64,000 nt of DNA from Schizochytrium sp. TIO01 (GCA_004764695.1 SMSO01000014.1:4598845-4662844), one strand, 5' to 3'. Shown: positions 48,697 to 61,076, counted from the first letter of the stretch. Translations and numbers: made by a program. Notes: generated from the sequence alone by a model not told the origin.

Positions 48697-51480
48697 ATGG
48701 CGGACCTTGCGCGAGCGGAGCTCGCTTGGTTGCAAGGCATCACTGCGGTCGTAGATGGAAAGACTCCACAAGAACGACTTCGACGCACAGGGTTAAAGCC
48801 ATGGCTCGTACATCTTCATGGGGTTGGTCTAAATGCGCATATTGTGCGCAGTGAGGAGCTTCTTCTCGAGCTAATTCGCATGCCAACCAACCTGCATCGC
48901 CTTCGCCGAAACGGCTACAGCCTCACTGACATCCATGCTTTGCGGGCGAGGTCGCATGAAATTTGTGATTACCTTGGTATCGACCAAAACCGCTTTCGAA
49001 AGATCCTTAGCATCTCTCTGAGGGAAAATTTGGGGCGTTTTGCCCCAGGCTTTTGCAAGTCTGCATTGGTAGACGCAAGACAATCATATATTAAATGGAC
49101 CTTGAAGAAAGACATATATCGTGCAGCTACGCTTGTCCAGGCTCTTGGTCGAGGGTTTCTAGTTCGACGACTCCCACGAATGATTTCATGGCAACGGTGT
49201 ATGATTCGAGGCTCACAAATAATCGAATGGCTCATTTTAGGCGAGGTGTGTGTACGCACCAAAGTATCTCTTCGCGAGCAAACATGGGCGCGGCATGAGG
49301 CGGTTTCAAGCGGTTATCTCTGAGGGGAATCTCTTACTGTGCAGCACTGAGGCCGCAAATCGCAACGAAGCTTTGTCTTCTGCACATATTATAATTTATA
49401 CACATAGAAAAATTAAACGCTGGGAGATCTCTTCGAGAACAGCAGTCTTGCGCAAAAGAAATGATGCTCGTTATCAAGGCTTCACATTAGGACCTTGCGT
49501 TGTAGATGAGGCCGGGCTCGACTCGTGGATTCCTCAAGATGAAAGAGAAAAGCTTACCGCTGAAATGCTTTCAAAACCGAGCAAAGGGGGCATATGGCTT
49601 TATGCTTGCTCTGATAAACCTGAACACGGAGAAGCCATCAACAAGGCAGAGGTTTTTTTCCGTTGTGTGGTTCGCGAAGCAGAGGTTCGGGAAGCTGGAT
49701 TACATAGATATAAAAGTTGGGCTGTAAGAGCAGGAGCATCTAAGAAGTTTGCCAACCAAGATTCCTCAATAGTATATCACAAGATTCGTGGTGTCCTTCC
49801 TCGAGTTCGTACTTTAGAAAAGAGATTGATTGACTGTCGTAAAGAACGTGCCTGGGCACGCAAAGAGCTAGAGAGCCTCGTTCACCGCGACAAAGAATTG
49901 CCCAAAGCGCAAAAGTGCTTTTATATGGTCAGTTTTTCGAGAAGGCGCAAGTTCGGTTCAACGGAGCAACTTGAAAAGGACCAGCAGAGGAGGTTCTTCT
50001 TAATTCATCGTGTCGCGTACGAGGCAAGTCTAAAGGGCAACCTTCGATGGCGTGGAATCGAACACATCGAACTGAAAGAAAGCATTGCAATGGAGCGAGG
50101 GTTGTCATTTCTGCAATGGCGCAGGTATACCACAATCGGAAAAATTGGTTGATGCAGAGAAATTCTTTTCATGCTGCTGTAGCTCGTAAAATCCGCTTCA
50201 GAAAATCACAAACCAGTTTTGAAAACAATCAGGTCAGAGCAAATCAACTGCGTAAATTTTTCTTGCATATGCGCCAGCAACAATGCGCGCGCTGTATCCA
50301 GCGTGCTTATCGAGCACGCTTGCGGTGGCTTCATCGTAACGAGTGGGGATTAAAAACTCTCCAGCGTTTCGGACGTTTTTGTCTCGCAAGAATTGAAGTG
50401 TGGAGGCTAATTCAACTAAAGGCAGATCAAGATGCAAAGGTGAAAAAGTCACTTTCGAAGATGATGAATCGGTCAAAAGCCCGTACCTTTTCACGTTGGC
50501 AAGAGTTCACAGTTAAGCATGCTATATGGAGGCAGCGGTGGGAGAATTTGCGACAAAGGTTTGCTTTGCGAACTCTTATTCGAACTTCTCATCGCCTGTC
50601 TATGACTCGTCAAGCACTAGCGACTAGTTTGCTCGCATCCGGTACATTACATCCTCGGTTAGGCCAGCTTCTCGGTGAATTTATGCAAAGAAAACATCTT
50701 GATTTATTGCTGTGTCATATTGCCAACGATTTCGCGCAAAGGTCCAAATTTGGAATTCCATCTCGAACTATGGAAAGCGATGCCCGCCTTTTCCACCATC
50801 GACGTCGATATCAGGCGATGCCTCAGCGCTGGCAACTCCCCGTGAATGATCCCGACCAAACCCTGAATGACATCCTTCTCCCCTATTACCGCTTTCCTCT
50901 TATAGATGTGAGCAATCGCGGACAATATCTTCTTTGCAACTTCTGGAGGGTAATGGTCGCTCTAAATACCGCCTATTGGGCATTTTCGCAAACCTTGCGA
51001 AACGCCTGCCGTCAGGACCTTCGGCAGCGAGGTGCGGAAATTCTTGTTCAGCTTCGAAAGAGTCAACAGGGAGAAAGTAGACATTTCGAAGACGATACTT
51101 CGGCGAGAGGCTCAATTGTTCGAGCCCATTTAGCTACTGAGCTTTGCGTTGAGTGCTTTGCACTGCTTATTAAGAGTGAGTCACGCTGCCATAGATGCGG
51201 AATGCAGCGCGTTATACTTGAAACTAAAAGGAGAGGAATTAAGGGACACACGCTTCCAAGAAATGGCTCCCGCTTGAAACCACGTGAAAAGCAGATTTAC
51301 AAACTGCACGAAATATTTTTCCATAGAATTTTGCAATCACAGGATCGATTGTTGAAACGTTGGCTGGAAATTTCTCCAGAGCGATTCATGCATGCAACGC
51401 CAAGTACAATATGTGCTCATTTAGATCACGAAGCTGAGTGGTGGGCAGCTGTTCAAACAGCTTCCTATCCTTTAAACTGA
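48697..51480 (+). CDS. Large basic IQ-motif protein with C-terminal CxxC..CxxC, encoded in three overlapping frames (two introns or frameshifts)
   Basis: ORFs 48685-49323, 49250-50152 and 50047-51480 tile one strand. IQ-like motifs LVQALGRGFLVRR, CIQRAYRARL and TLQRFGRFCLAR; CVEC-x10-CHRC near the end. Candidate introns 49197-49407 and 50125-50201 restore the frame. Confidence 0.6.
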
Positions 51481-51511
51481 AAAGACTGACATGTGTGTAC
51501 AACTATTTGTA

Positions 51512-52916
51512 TTAAAATTGAATACTATTTATGACGATTTGATGTGTTCTGCTTGCTACTTCCTCTTTGAGTCTATGAAGTTGCTCAATGATGTACCTTT
51601 CAATTGAAGCACCACTTGCTTCTATGATCGTTGGCTCCTGGAATGGAGTGTCCAAAGCTACTCTTGAATTGATGTTATATGTCATAGTTTGTATATAGGT
51701 ATCCTGTTGCCGTAATGGCAACGATCTTGGGGGACAGCAATCATACATTTTTTTCTTTATATTTGAAAGTTAGAGTAAATTAATATGTTAAGCTTTGTAA
51801 GCTGAGCGATGTCTTAGATGCGATGCCACACGAGCATGGGCCATACTGACTTTTAAAGCGATTTGTTAATTCAATATTCTGCATTTGTAGAGTTTTAAAA
51901 GTGAAGTTCTTTATAATCGTCGAGAGATTCAAAGCCGTACAATTTTGTTGGGATCTTGTCTCTTCTAGCACGGAACTCTAAAGGTATGTAAAACATGAGT
52001 CAAAATAAATGGTGGTGCTTCTTCGGAAAGCTTCCTCGGATACATAGTGATACATAGTTCATACGCTACCTTTGCCCGCCACTAGGTCGGACTACCTACC
52101 ACTCCTTTCCCCTTTCCGCTCGCTCCAGCAATTCCCATTTGTTGCTGAAGCTGTACGTTTAGAAACATTCAATTATAATTAGCATTCTAACTTGTGAAAA
52201 TGAACCTAACAAGGGAATGTTCCTTTTTCGATACGTCGTGACAGTGGGTACGCTGTTAACGTATTATTCCTTCTTGATTTCCGGCACTCTTTCTTCATTA
52301 CAACAGAATGGTGGCACCGAATGTACCAGATGGGGCTTGTCCACAACGAATCGCATATTTGAAGGGTTTTCATATCATATTTTTTTTGGAGGTGGGGCAT
52401 GTATCAAATCCCTTTTAGGACCCTTCAACATAGACTTCGCTCCTACCTTCCAACTCTTCCAAAGACCCTGTGCTTTTTTAGCCAGTGGATTGCTCCCTTG
52501 CTCCACGCCTACGCAGTTTTCTTTACTATTGAAAGACCACTATGCCTAAGCCTTGTATCTATGTATGCAGTTCGACGATTACGACACGCCACTCTTTAGA
52601 AACGCATCTGTTCAAAGTTTTGCAAAATTGCAATGTGGTCTTCGAAATGAGTAGCTTTCATGAACGATTATCTGGTTTACCTTGCTGTCGGCTGAATTTC
52701 CATATTCTCTAACATGATTCCTTTGGCTTGACTTTCTTTTTTTTTCAAGTGTGTTCTACAGTGCATGTAACGCATACTCGGTCCCAGAACCTGGCTCCGG
52801 TCCCAGATGCCAAGGTGCCTGCCGTCGGTCAATAAACAATAAAGAAAGAATCGAAAATTGCGTGTGGTGGAAGATAAAGAAACCATTTGAAGCGGCCTCC
52901 GAGCGAGCACCTTCAC
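51512..52916 (-). pseudogene. Candidate decayed or multi-exon gene convergent with the IQ gene
   Basis: Short minus-strand protein-like pieces (LAKKAQGLWKSWKVGAKSML; SIERYIIEQLHRLKEEVASR) and an intron-like segment about 52068-51978 (AAG|GTAGCG..CCTTTAG), but several stops. Confidence 0.3.
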
Positions 52917-53836
52917 CTAACATGGATAATACAGCGTACGAAGATTAGCAAGTTTACCTGATGAAATAAAAACGTCTCCATCAAAACGTCACCCATCACA
53001 ACCTCGTGACTAACATATCGTCTACCTTAGGTACGTACGTATCTAGTCTTCAGACAACAAACAGTTTTTCCATTTTCATTTTTTGGTCTTTCGTGCAGAA
53101 CATATGTTACCAAGTAGCTTGAGCACGGACTCTTGAATTGGTTCAAATCTACGCGATGGGTTGGCGTAAGACCGACTGGTCTCTCTGGCTATTAGCGTCT
53201 TGGAAATGCATAATATTCAACAACTAATTGACTGATGGACTGATATGATTTTTAATATATATTTTTTTCAATTTCTCAAAAAAGAAAATTGAAAGAAGAG
53301 CAAATTATACTGCTATGCAGTGCTTATGGGAAACTGGTTAGAATTAACTGACTCGTCAGAAAACAGAATAACTTATCTCGTAAACAGCAGGGCAACCAAA
53401 CCAAGTCTCTTTTACTTTGGCTCGGCAAAGCAAATCGCCTTTGCTCGCGTTCTCCAACTCTAACTCTTAGAGAGGCTGTTTCTGGGCCAAGGAGGGGCAC
53501 GAGCGACACAGCTAGCTTGCGAGATCGGCTTGCAAGAGCTGGTTCGCGGAGCTACTGAGTTTCTTAGGTTTCTTCTCTCGCGTTGCGTCGGTTCGTTATC
53601 TGAAGATCAAGCAAGCTCGGCAACCTCGCGATATAGGAGATCGACGTCTTCGGGTCGACGTAGCAACGAAACATTAGCAGGCTGCAAGTAGTTTAGTGTT
53701 GCAGGATTTGTAGAGGTTTTCTAGAATACATCTTGATTCACCTCGAAGAAGTCGTTGCATTGAAAGAATTCTTCAAGCCAAGATATTCCAATAAGATCGG
53801 AGGAGAAAGAGAACTTTAGACTACTCGGTCGGAAAC

Positions 53837-55204
53837 ATGAAGCTCGGTGGGGGAAGCAAGATTTGCGAATGCTGCGGCAAGTCGGTGTACAAGTTAGAGG
53901 AACTTCAGGTGGATAAGGCAATTCTGCACAAGTCATGCTTCAAGTGTGCCCACTGCAACCGTCAGCTTACGCTCTCCAACTTTGCGGCGGTTTCCAACAA
54001 GCTTTACTGCAAGACTCACTTTGTGGAGCTATTTCATTCTGCTGGAGGCAAGTATTCTGTGTTCGGTGGTGATTCCTTCAAAATGAAGGAGTCTGGATCT
54101 TTTGCTGTCAAGCCTGTCACATCCAAGTTTGCCCAGGCAAGCACTGCAAGAGCTACCAACGCAGCACCTGAACCAATTCTCGAGACACCCGCTCAATCCC
54201 CAAGTCCCGAGCCTACAAGTAAGCCTGCATCGTCTTCTATGCTTCCCTCCAAGCTTTCTTCGTCATCAACTTCATCGAAAGCCAAGACAACATTGCCTTC
54301 GGCGCTTTCCAAGGCAAGCTCGGCTATTAAAGAGGAGCCGAAGAAAGCAGAACCAAAGGATGAAGAACCTATTACACTTAGCTCCTCGTCAGGATCAGTG
54401 TTCAAGGCTGATGATTCGTGTCGCGAGGGATCACCGGAGAAAAAGGAAGGCAAGTATCTTTCCCTAAAGGAGCGACTCCAAATGTACCAACGGGTTGCGT
54501 CGCACAGCGGAGATGATGAGGAGGATCAAGATAAGCCTCAGCGCCCCTCTTCATCAGCCTCTGGCGCCTCTTCTCCCAGACACAATGTAGAAGAGATCAC
54601 GCCTCCTGTGGCACCCAGTTCGTCTAGCTCGCTTGCTGCTGCAACAAGGAAAAACTCCCCAACATCCTCAGCAACAAGTAGTTTCTCTAGTCAGGGACTT
54701 TTGCCGAGTAAGCTTGGTATCCCATCGGACTGCTCTGTGGCTGAAGGAAATGAGGAAGATGAGGATGATTCTGGCATGGTAGATGAGGATGAAGATGAGG
54801 ATGATGTACTCGAGGATATGGATAGTCTTCAACCTCAACTCTCGCTGGACGCATCGTCAACTTTGAGGCTAGATGGGGCCTCTACAAGCTTGACTTCGCC
54901 TACATGCAGCCGCAACACCTCCATGTCTGACGTTATCTCAGAGAACACGATGAATGATCCTGCATGTGAGGATGAGGACGATGCACCAGCTCTGCGTAGA
55001 CAGCTGAGCAAGACCAAGGAAGCCATGCGCCTTCTCCAACTGCACGCTGATTCACTTCAAGAAGAAAATGATCGTTTGGTCGAACTTACCATTCATCTCA
55101 AGAAGGAGCTTGCTGTACAGACCGCCAAGGCTCTGGAATCTGACGAGTGGTGTGCTAAACTTTCGCGTGATCTTCAAGCAGCTAAGGTAACTGCGCATGA
55201 GTGA
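53837..55204 (+). CDS. LIM-domain protein (EPLIN/MICAL-type LIM) with Ser-rich linker and C-terminal coiled coil
   Basis: 455 aa. CECC..VY..E..HKSCFKCAHC..L..YCKTHF LIM signature; heptad-rich C-terminus. Confidence 0.9.
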   Translation: MKLGGGSKICECCGKSVYKLEELQVDKAILHKSCFKCAHCNRQLTLSNFAAVSNKLYCKTHFVELFHSAGGKYSVFGGDSFKMKESGSFAVKPVTSKFAQASTARATNAAPEPILETPAQSPSPEPTSKPASSSMLPSKLSSSSTSSKAKTTLPSALSKASSAIKEEPKKAEPKDEEPITLSSSSGSVFKADDSCREGSPEKKEGKYLSLKERLQMYQRVASHSGDDEEDQDKPQRPSSSASGASSPRHNVEEITPPVAPSSSSSLAAATRKNSPTSSATSSFSSQGLLPSKLGIPSDCSVAEGNEEDEDDSGMVDEDEDEDDVLEDMDSLQPQLSLDASSTLRLDGASTSLTSPTCSRNTSMSDVISENTMNDPACEDEDDAPALRRQLSKTKEAMRLLQLHADSLQEENDRLVELTIHLKKELAVQTAKALESDEWCAKLSRDLQAAKVTAHE

Positions 55205-55727
55205 AAATATTTGACACTTTTTATGCGCCCCTACAGAGGAGATCAGTTTGAAAGAAGTGGATAGGACCAAATCTCTACTTCCTAACTATTTCACATATAC
55301 AAGAAGTATTATCCATTAATTGCAAGTAATAACGGCACTTTACGAATTGCTGTTTCAATGTAGGCTTCATGTTGATGTCAATAGCAACGTGAATGCCAAA
55401 TATCAAAAAGTTATACATAAACTCATCTAGACTGTTTGTGATTCTTTCGACTATACACTAGGAATGGGAGGAGAAGGTTGTTAGAAGTATGATACTGCAC
55501 CTGTTCATGGAGTGGAGTGGCGAACCCCTGCGGGATTCCTCTTGTTTGGGGTAATGGTGTACGTCTCTCATTTGCTATATTATAGTAAATTTTCATCCCT
55601 TTTCAAATGAGGACTCTAGCCGAGATTAACCCAAGTCATTCGGAGGCATAGATGTACCTATCAAATAAAATGCCACCTAGATGAATAATGTGCTTTATAG
55701 TAGAAAATGGGAACTCTCAACCACATC

Positions 55728-57143
55728 TTAGCTAGACGAGTCATGGTAAGGATCAGCATTGCCGACAAGAACATTTTCCTTCCATGAGCTGCGATCCCCA
55801 AAGAAGAACACTTGAGAATTGCCTCTTGGGAGACTTGAATCACCCTCTGCAGGAGACTTCATCACACTCTGCGGTAAATTTTCACAATTTTCTCCTAGAC
55901 GGCTTAAATAAAGGTATGTGTCTGTACCATATCCTTCCATCGACTTCATATCCAAGTCTCCGCCAAAGTAACGAGCATAGAGACGACTCAAAGGCAAACC
56001 CACACCGTAACCAGCAAGAACAGGCGAGGTTCGACCATCATGAAGAAGATCGGCGTGAATTCTTGGATCCTTCGCTGTCGAATGCAAGTAGCTCCAGATA
56101 AGGGGAAGTTTGGAGCGCCCGATGCCGCCACCACGATCACTAATTCGGATAGCAACATCATTAGGACCCTCAACGATTGTTACTTCGACCGGCGAAAGAT
56201 GATAACGGTCCTCACACGGGCCTTCAAACTCTGCGACGGCTCGGAAAGAATTCTTGAGAATCTCAGTAAGCATATATTTGAGATGGCCTGGAACGTAGGT
56301 GAATGTGATATCATCATCATCATTATCCCCTGTAATTTCAAGCTCCACAGACTTGCGCATCTTCTTGCGATGAAGTTGTCGGCAGTCGATCATGGGTGAA
56401 ATACCGTGAATTCGCTCACATAATGCCGCTGCTTCGTCTGCAGCCTCACGAACAAGGTCAATAGGCTTACAGCGACTCTGAATAATACCAGCATACCCAG
56501 GGTGGGAATCTCGCGAGCAAATATGGTGCTCGATTAGGAATCGAAGACCAATACGAGCGAGATAGAAGCGATTCAATACACTATCTACAATTCGCTGATC
56601 ATCTACCGTAAAGCCTCCGAGATTGTTGCGAACCTCAAGCACCCCACGAGACGTAGTTTCAATGACCTCACTGTGGTCTTGAAGAGTAAATCTTAGCATG
56701 TCTGCAAAGTCTTCCTCGTCTTCTTCGGTTCGCGGGAATGGTGATTCTGACACACGGTCAAAATAATCATGGTACCAATTCACCACACTCTTAATTGGGG
56801 TTGTGTATGGCAGTCCAAGAGGCAACTGCTCGAGCTCGACCACGCGCTGTGCTATCCTCACCTGGAGTTCATTGTGAAGAAATTGAGCATTCCTAATTCG
56901 CTGTGCTGTGTCATTATATGCATCACGTCCGTATCGGAAGAGGTTCTCGAGGCTCACCGGCGTGGCCTTCTGTCGTGCCATCTTGCGCATGTATGGCTTA
57001 AACTCAGTACTTGATAGCCATCTTCTCTGCAAAGTCGACGCGTTCATTCTCCACTTCTCGTGCAACTGCATCCTCTCCAGGCTCCTGCTTCGCGACTCTT
57101 CAAAGAGCCTTCGAGAGGCAATAGCGGCACGCGACGGAATCAT
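55728..57143 (-). CDS. PDK: Mitochondrial pyruvate dehydrogenase kinase / BCKD kinase family
   Basis: 471 aa. NAQFLHNELQVRIAQR, RFYLARIGLRFLIEHH, N-box EILKNSFRA, G1 ISDRGGG, LAGYGVGLPLSRLYARYFGGDL, MEGYGTD; Arg-rich presequence. Confidence 0.95.
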   Translation of the reverse strand: MIPSRAAIASRRLFEESRSRSLERMQLHEKWRMNASTLQRRWLSSTEFKPYMRKMARQKATPVSLENLFRYGRDAYNDTAQRIRNAQFLHNELQVRIAQRVVELEQLPLGLPYTTPIKSVVNWYHDYFDRVSESPFPRTEEDEEDFADMLRFTLQDHSEVIETTSRGVLEVRNNLGGFTVDDQRIVDSVLNRFYLARIGLRFLIEHHICSRDSHPGYAGIIQSRCKPIDLVREAADEAAALCERIHGISPMIDCRQLHRKKMRKSVELEITGDNDDDDITFTYVPGHLKYMLTEILKNSFRAVAEFEGPCEDRYHLSPVEVTIVEGPNDVAIRISDRGGGIGRSKLPLIWSYLHSTAKDPRIHADLLHDGRTSPVLAGYGVGLPLSRLYARYFGGDLDMKSMEGYGTDTYLYLSRLGENCENLPQSVMKSPAEGDSSLPRGNSQVFFFGDRSSWKENVLVGNADPYHDSSS

Positions 57144-59192
57144 CTTGCCGATGTAGGAACTCTAGTATTCCAGGGCAATAACCAACACACTGCCAAACTA
57201 GAGCTTCTCCACAGGTTCCCCAGCAAGTTTTGAACAGTCCAGCCGGCTCGAGTTGCAAGGCCTCAGCTCCGAGGGCGTGTTTCCCTACGTCTCGGAATTG
57301 CTCTACTGCCGCCACTCATCTAAAACCTCAGCCTCTGCACTCTTCCCTTTTCCCTGCTTATTGCGAGTTACGTTCTCACCATTTGAAACGTTTCAGTCCG
57401 CTTTTAAAATGTGCTAGAAGCAGGGGAAAAAGAGAAGCCAAGAAAGCCCGCTCAGCGTCCTCTCTGGCGAGCAGCTAAAGCAGCTAAAGCAGTCTAGCGA
57501 ATTAAAAAGCGAAGCTGGCAGGCTGCCGAGCAGGCAGTCGTTGCATCCTAGAGTGAGTGACCTGGAGTTCCAGCGATATTATTCGCTGCCATGTAGATTA
57601 CTTACAACTTGCTTGCATTGAATTTCCCATTTCATTGCAATTGTTATATTTTAATATTTTAACATTTTACAATTAATAGTTTAATATTTTTTATCCACTA
57701 TCAGCCTTGGCAGTGTTCCCAGAAAGCCTTCCCGGAGGCTCGTGGAAACATTGCGCGAACAACAACTCGGCACTGAGAGAGATTCAACGCTTTCCTCTTC
57801 TAATGCTCTCAAGATTGTGTTCGCAAATGTCTTTGGACACCGAGGAGGCACGCTACGCAGGCCGCAGTGCTTGCTAGTAGGTACGCCAACCGCGAAACTC
57901 CTCCTCCTGACACTGTTGGTTGCTGTCTTCATTGATGAGAGAACTAACTCGCAACAACTTTGAGTCGCTAGTTCTGCTGTTGCGGAACTAACGAAAGAGC
58001 ACTCATTCCATTTGCCAACTGCGAGCTTTGCCTATCTAGCTAGCCAGGTAGCGCACTACCTATTTACTGCTCGGGTTGTTTGCGATGATCATGAGCATAA
58101 TTTGTAAAGCTCGCTCGCACTGGGTCTCTTTCGTCCCTGTTGTGGGAAGTTCTCAGAGAATGCCTACCTGGTTCACAGTTGGAAAAGACAGCTCAGTGAA
58201 ATTGTGCGATTAATAGTGCCACAGCGCTGTGCCATAGGAATTGTACGGTCCTGTTTGTGTTTTATTCACGTTTTACTCCCATGGACTGAGTCTGGGTGGC
58301 TGAGAGGCTGGCTGCTTGGGACAGCTTTTGCTGTTGACGTGGCGAGACTAGGTGCTGTATATGGGCGGTATCTCTCTATGAGAACTGTCCTTGTGTAGTT
58401 GAAGTCCAGCCCGGTGGAAGAAGGTAGGGAGTGGTTCGTACATCGCAGCTTCATGCTTCATGGAAACCATCATGCTGATGTGCACTAGGCACGCTGCCGA
58501 GTTACCCCAGTTGTACAAAGGTTGTATGCAATATTTTCACTAGAAGGAATAATAAATTAAGCCTGCAAAGCTTGAAATTCGCAATCAGGAGCACTGAGAT
58601 TGGTAGCTGCTGCACGTCTCCAAGGCTACTCTACCTCGGAGACCACACCAAAAAAGGTGAATACGTAGAACAGAAGTGATCTCAACTTGAAAAGGTAACA
58701 TCGTAATAACTCTCTTTACACGCAATAGTTGCGATCTGAATGGTCTTGAGCATTCCAGGTCAATTAACAAAATATAGCACATTTATTTACTCCTACTATA
58801 CATGAGATATATCGACGGCCCGTGGGATTGTCATACTTTTGCTTTGACGTACATCGGAATAGATAAGTTGCTTTATTTAAGGTACAGTACTGATGCTAAT
58901 CGCTAGGGATACTGCATATATAAAATCCAAAGTTCAAGGTATCAATGACTTTTCAGGGTTACTATTCTGATTCTATCTTAATATCGGAAGTCCATTAATG
59001 TATAAAGCTCTTAACAAATATAGCATAGTCTCAAATTCAAATCAGCAGGGTTTGGAGTTTTTGAGATCGAGGGAAACATACAATGGACTTTAGTTTATGA
59101 TCTATTTAAAGGCGATTGTGATGGTAGAGCTATGCATTTTTTTTGTAGACAGACTTCTACACATTTTAGTTCTTCAGGTAAATGTTCAACTT

Positions 59193-59600
59193 TTAGACAG
59201 AGTATCCAGCAACACTTTGCTTATCAAAGGTTGCAACCTTTGCACGAGATACAGACTTGGGACGATCCGGCTCACGGTAATCCACTCCAAGTTTCTCACA
59301 GAACTCGGTTCTATCTTCCTTGTACTTAAAGAGCTTCGCGACTCCGATGTTGGCAAACTCTTCGAGAGTTCCCTCGGGAATAGCCTTAACGACTTCCAAG
59401 CTGGCATCCATTTTACTCTGAAAATCCTGGCACTCGTCCACAAGAGCAATGGCCTGGTCCACGCTGAGAACAAAGTTCTCTACCATATTCTTAATCAAGC
59501 GTGCACGATCCCTCTCGCTAGGCTGTCTCTTCACCTGACCGAGCTTCAAGGAGAACTCATGATCCTCAAGAGCAACGCGTTCCTTCACCTCGTCTGCCAT
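59193..59600 (-). CDS. Small DUF4476-like helical protein
   Basis: 135 aa with good ATG context. Pattern F..KL..VK...SERDR..LIK.....F.LSVDQA..LV......SKMDA...V...I......F.Y.EDR resembles DUF4476. Confidence 0.65.
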   Translation of the reverse strand: MADEVKERVALEDHEFSLKLGQVKRQPSERDRARLIKNMVENFVLSVDQAIALVDECQDFQSKMDASLEVVKAIPEGTLEEFANIGVAKLFKYKEDRTEFCEKLGVDYREPDRPKSVSRAKVATFDKQSVAGYSV

Positions 59601-61076
59601 CGTGCTTTTCTAGCTTTTCTGCCAGGCTATGTGGTATTCTGTCGAGACAACGTGTGTTATCAAGAGAATGGATACCGAGCAATATGCTTCAGATCCCTTA
59701 AAGTCAGGAGTTTCGTGGAAGTAGGAGTCGCGGGGAAGTCTTGATGAAAACGACACCACAGCGAGTTCTCTCTGCGCTCTGATGCCTAGGAAGAGTGGCT
59801 TGAACTGGTACTGGCTCTGGAGGTTGGTTTACCCCATGTGCTTGCACAACTTGAAGGGACCTTCTCTTGCGCACAAGTACAACTAGGAGACTGCTATATA
59901 TTGCTAGACAAACTCAAGAGCTGTGTTTCCTGTTACCAACATTAAGGTTTTTTGATAGTGGCAGAAGTAGCCTCTAGGTGTGCGCGGAAGGCCCAGACTA
60001 GTTCACACGCTCAAGCCCCTGTAATATAAGCAACATTGAATCGAAAGCTTGCAGGATAGAAATGCTCGTCTAGAGAGAAGGCTTGCAATTTTACAATCTG
60101 GAGTGACAGAAATTTCAGAGCAAAATTGTATCTCATTGTGTGACCAGAGATATACGTCGCCTGATGTCACTAAGAAGAAGCCATTTCTTCATGTATTCTG
60201 AATGATCCTCCTTAATGGACAAGGAAACGATTTGCAAGACGCAGGCTTAGTCAATTCCTTCCAAAGCTTGTTGCATTGATGTTATTCCTTTCAGTCTAAA
60301 ATTTTGGTTTCTAGACTTTCTGAAAAAACAAATCAAGGCCACTGCAAATTTGGAGAACAAAATGGATGTGATGTTGAATGAATGAATATCAAGTACCGCG
60401 AAGTTTCAACATTTTATAGTGTAAGCAATTTATTCATTTGTTCTCAAGTTGCTTTCATGCGTAGTACAAGTTCATTCAAGGGCAGAGAGTTTGTTGCTGT
60501 AATGTACGTATCAGGCGCCTTGAGATTAAACTGTGTCCACTTAAATGACAGGTACTGCACTAACGCAATTCAGCACGAGCACATCAAGGCAGCTAGCGAA
60601 ATGGCTAGTTTGTTGGCCTAATTTGCCGGACAAATATTCACCAGTTCCCTTGGTCAGCCATTCAGAGCGCTGCGATACGAGCAGCCGAAAGTCACGTCAA
60701 CAAATATAGTTCTTTTTTATTCTTTTTTAAAATTAGTAGCATATAGTCTATATATAGGCAGGTCAGTATATCTTATAAGAGAGGTTGCTTTCTATCTGGA
60801 AACTCTACTCTGCCCTCCATTTGATTTTAAAATGATATGATGCATAGTCAATAAGTAGAGATTGAGGGTCTTAATGGGATTCTCTCTAGTGCATCGATTG
60901 CCGGGAATTCGAAGCAAATCTGCAAAACCTTCGTCGTAGCTATTGAAAGGTTAATTCGAGACGGACCTTGAGAGGCTTGGTGACTCCAGTATCACTGGGA
61001 TAGGTGGATCTGGCTTGTTTATTTGCTTAGGGTTGTGCCGATAGACAGCAAGTTGAGAAACTAAGCATCTTTAAGC

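Noticed and set aside
59097-59744. 215-aa + strand ORF
   Set aside because: Antisense to the DUF4476-like gene; Leu/His/Phe-rich composition typical of shadow frames
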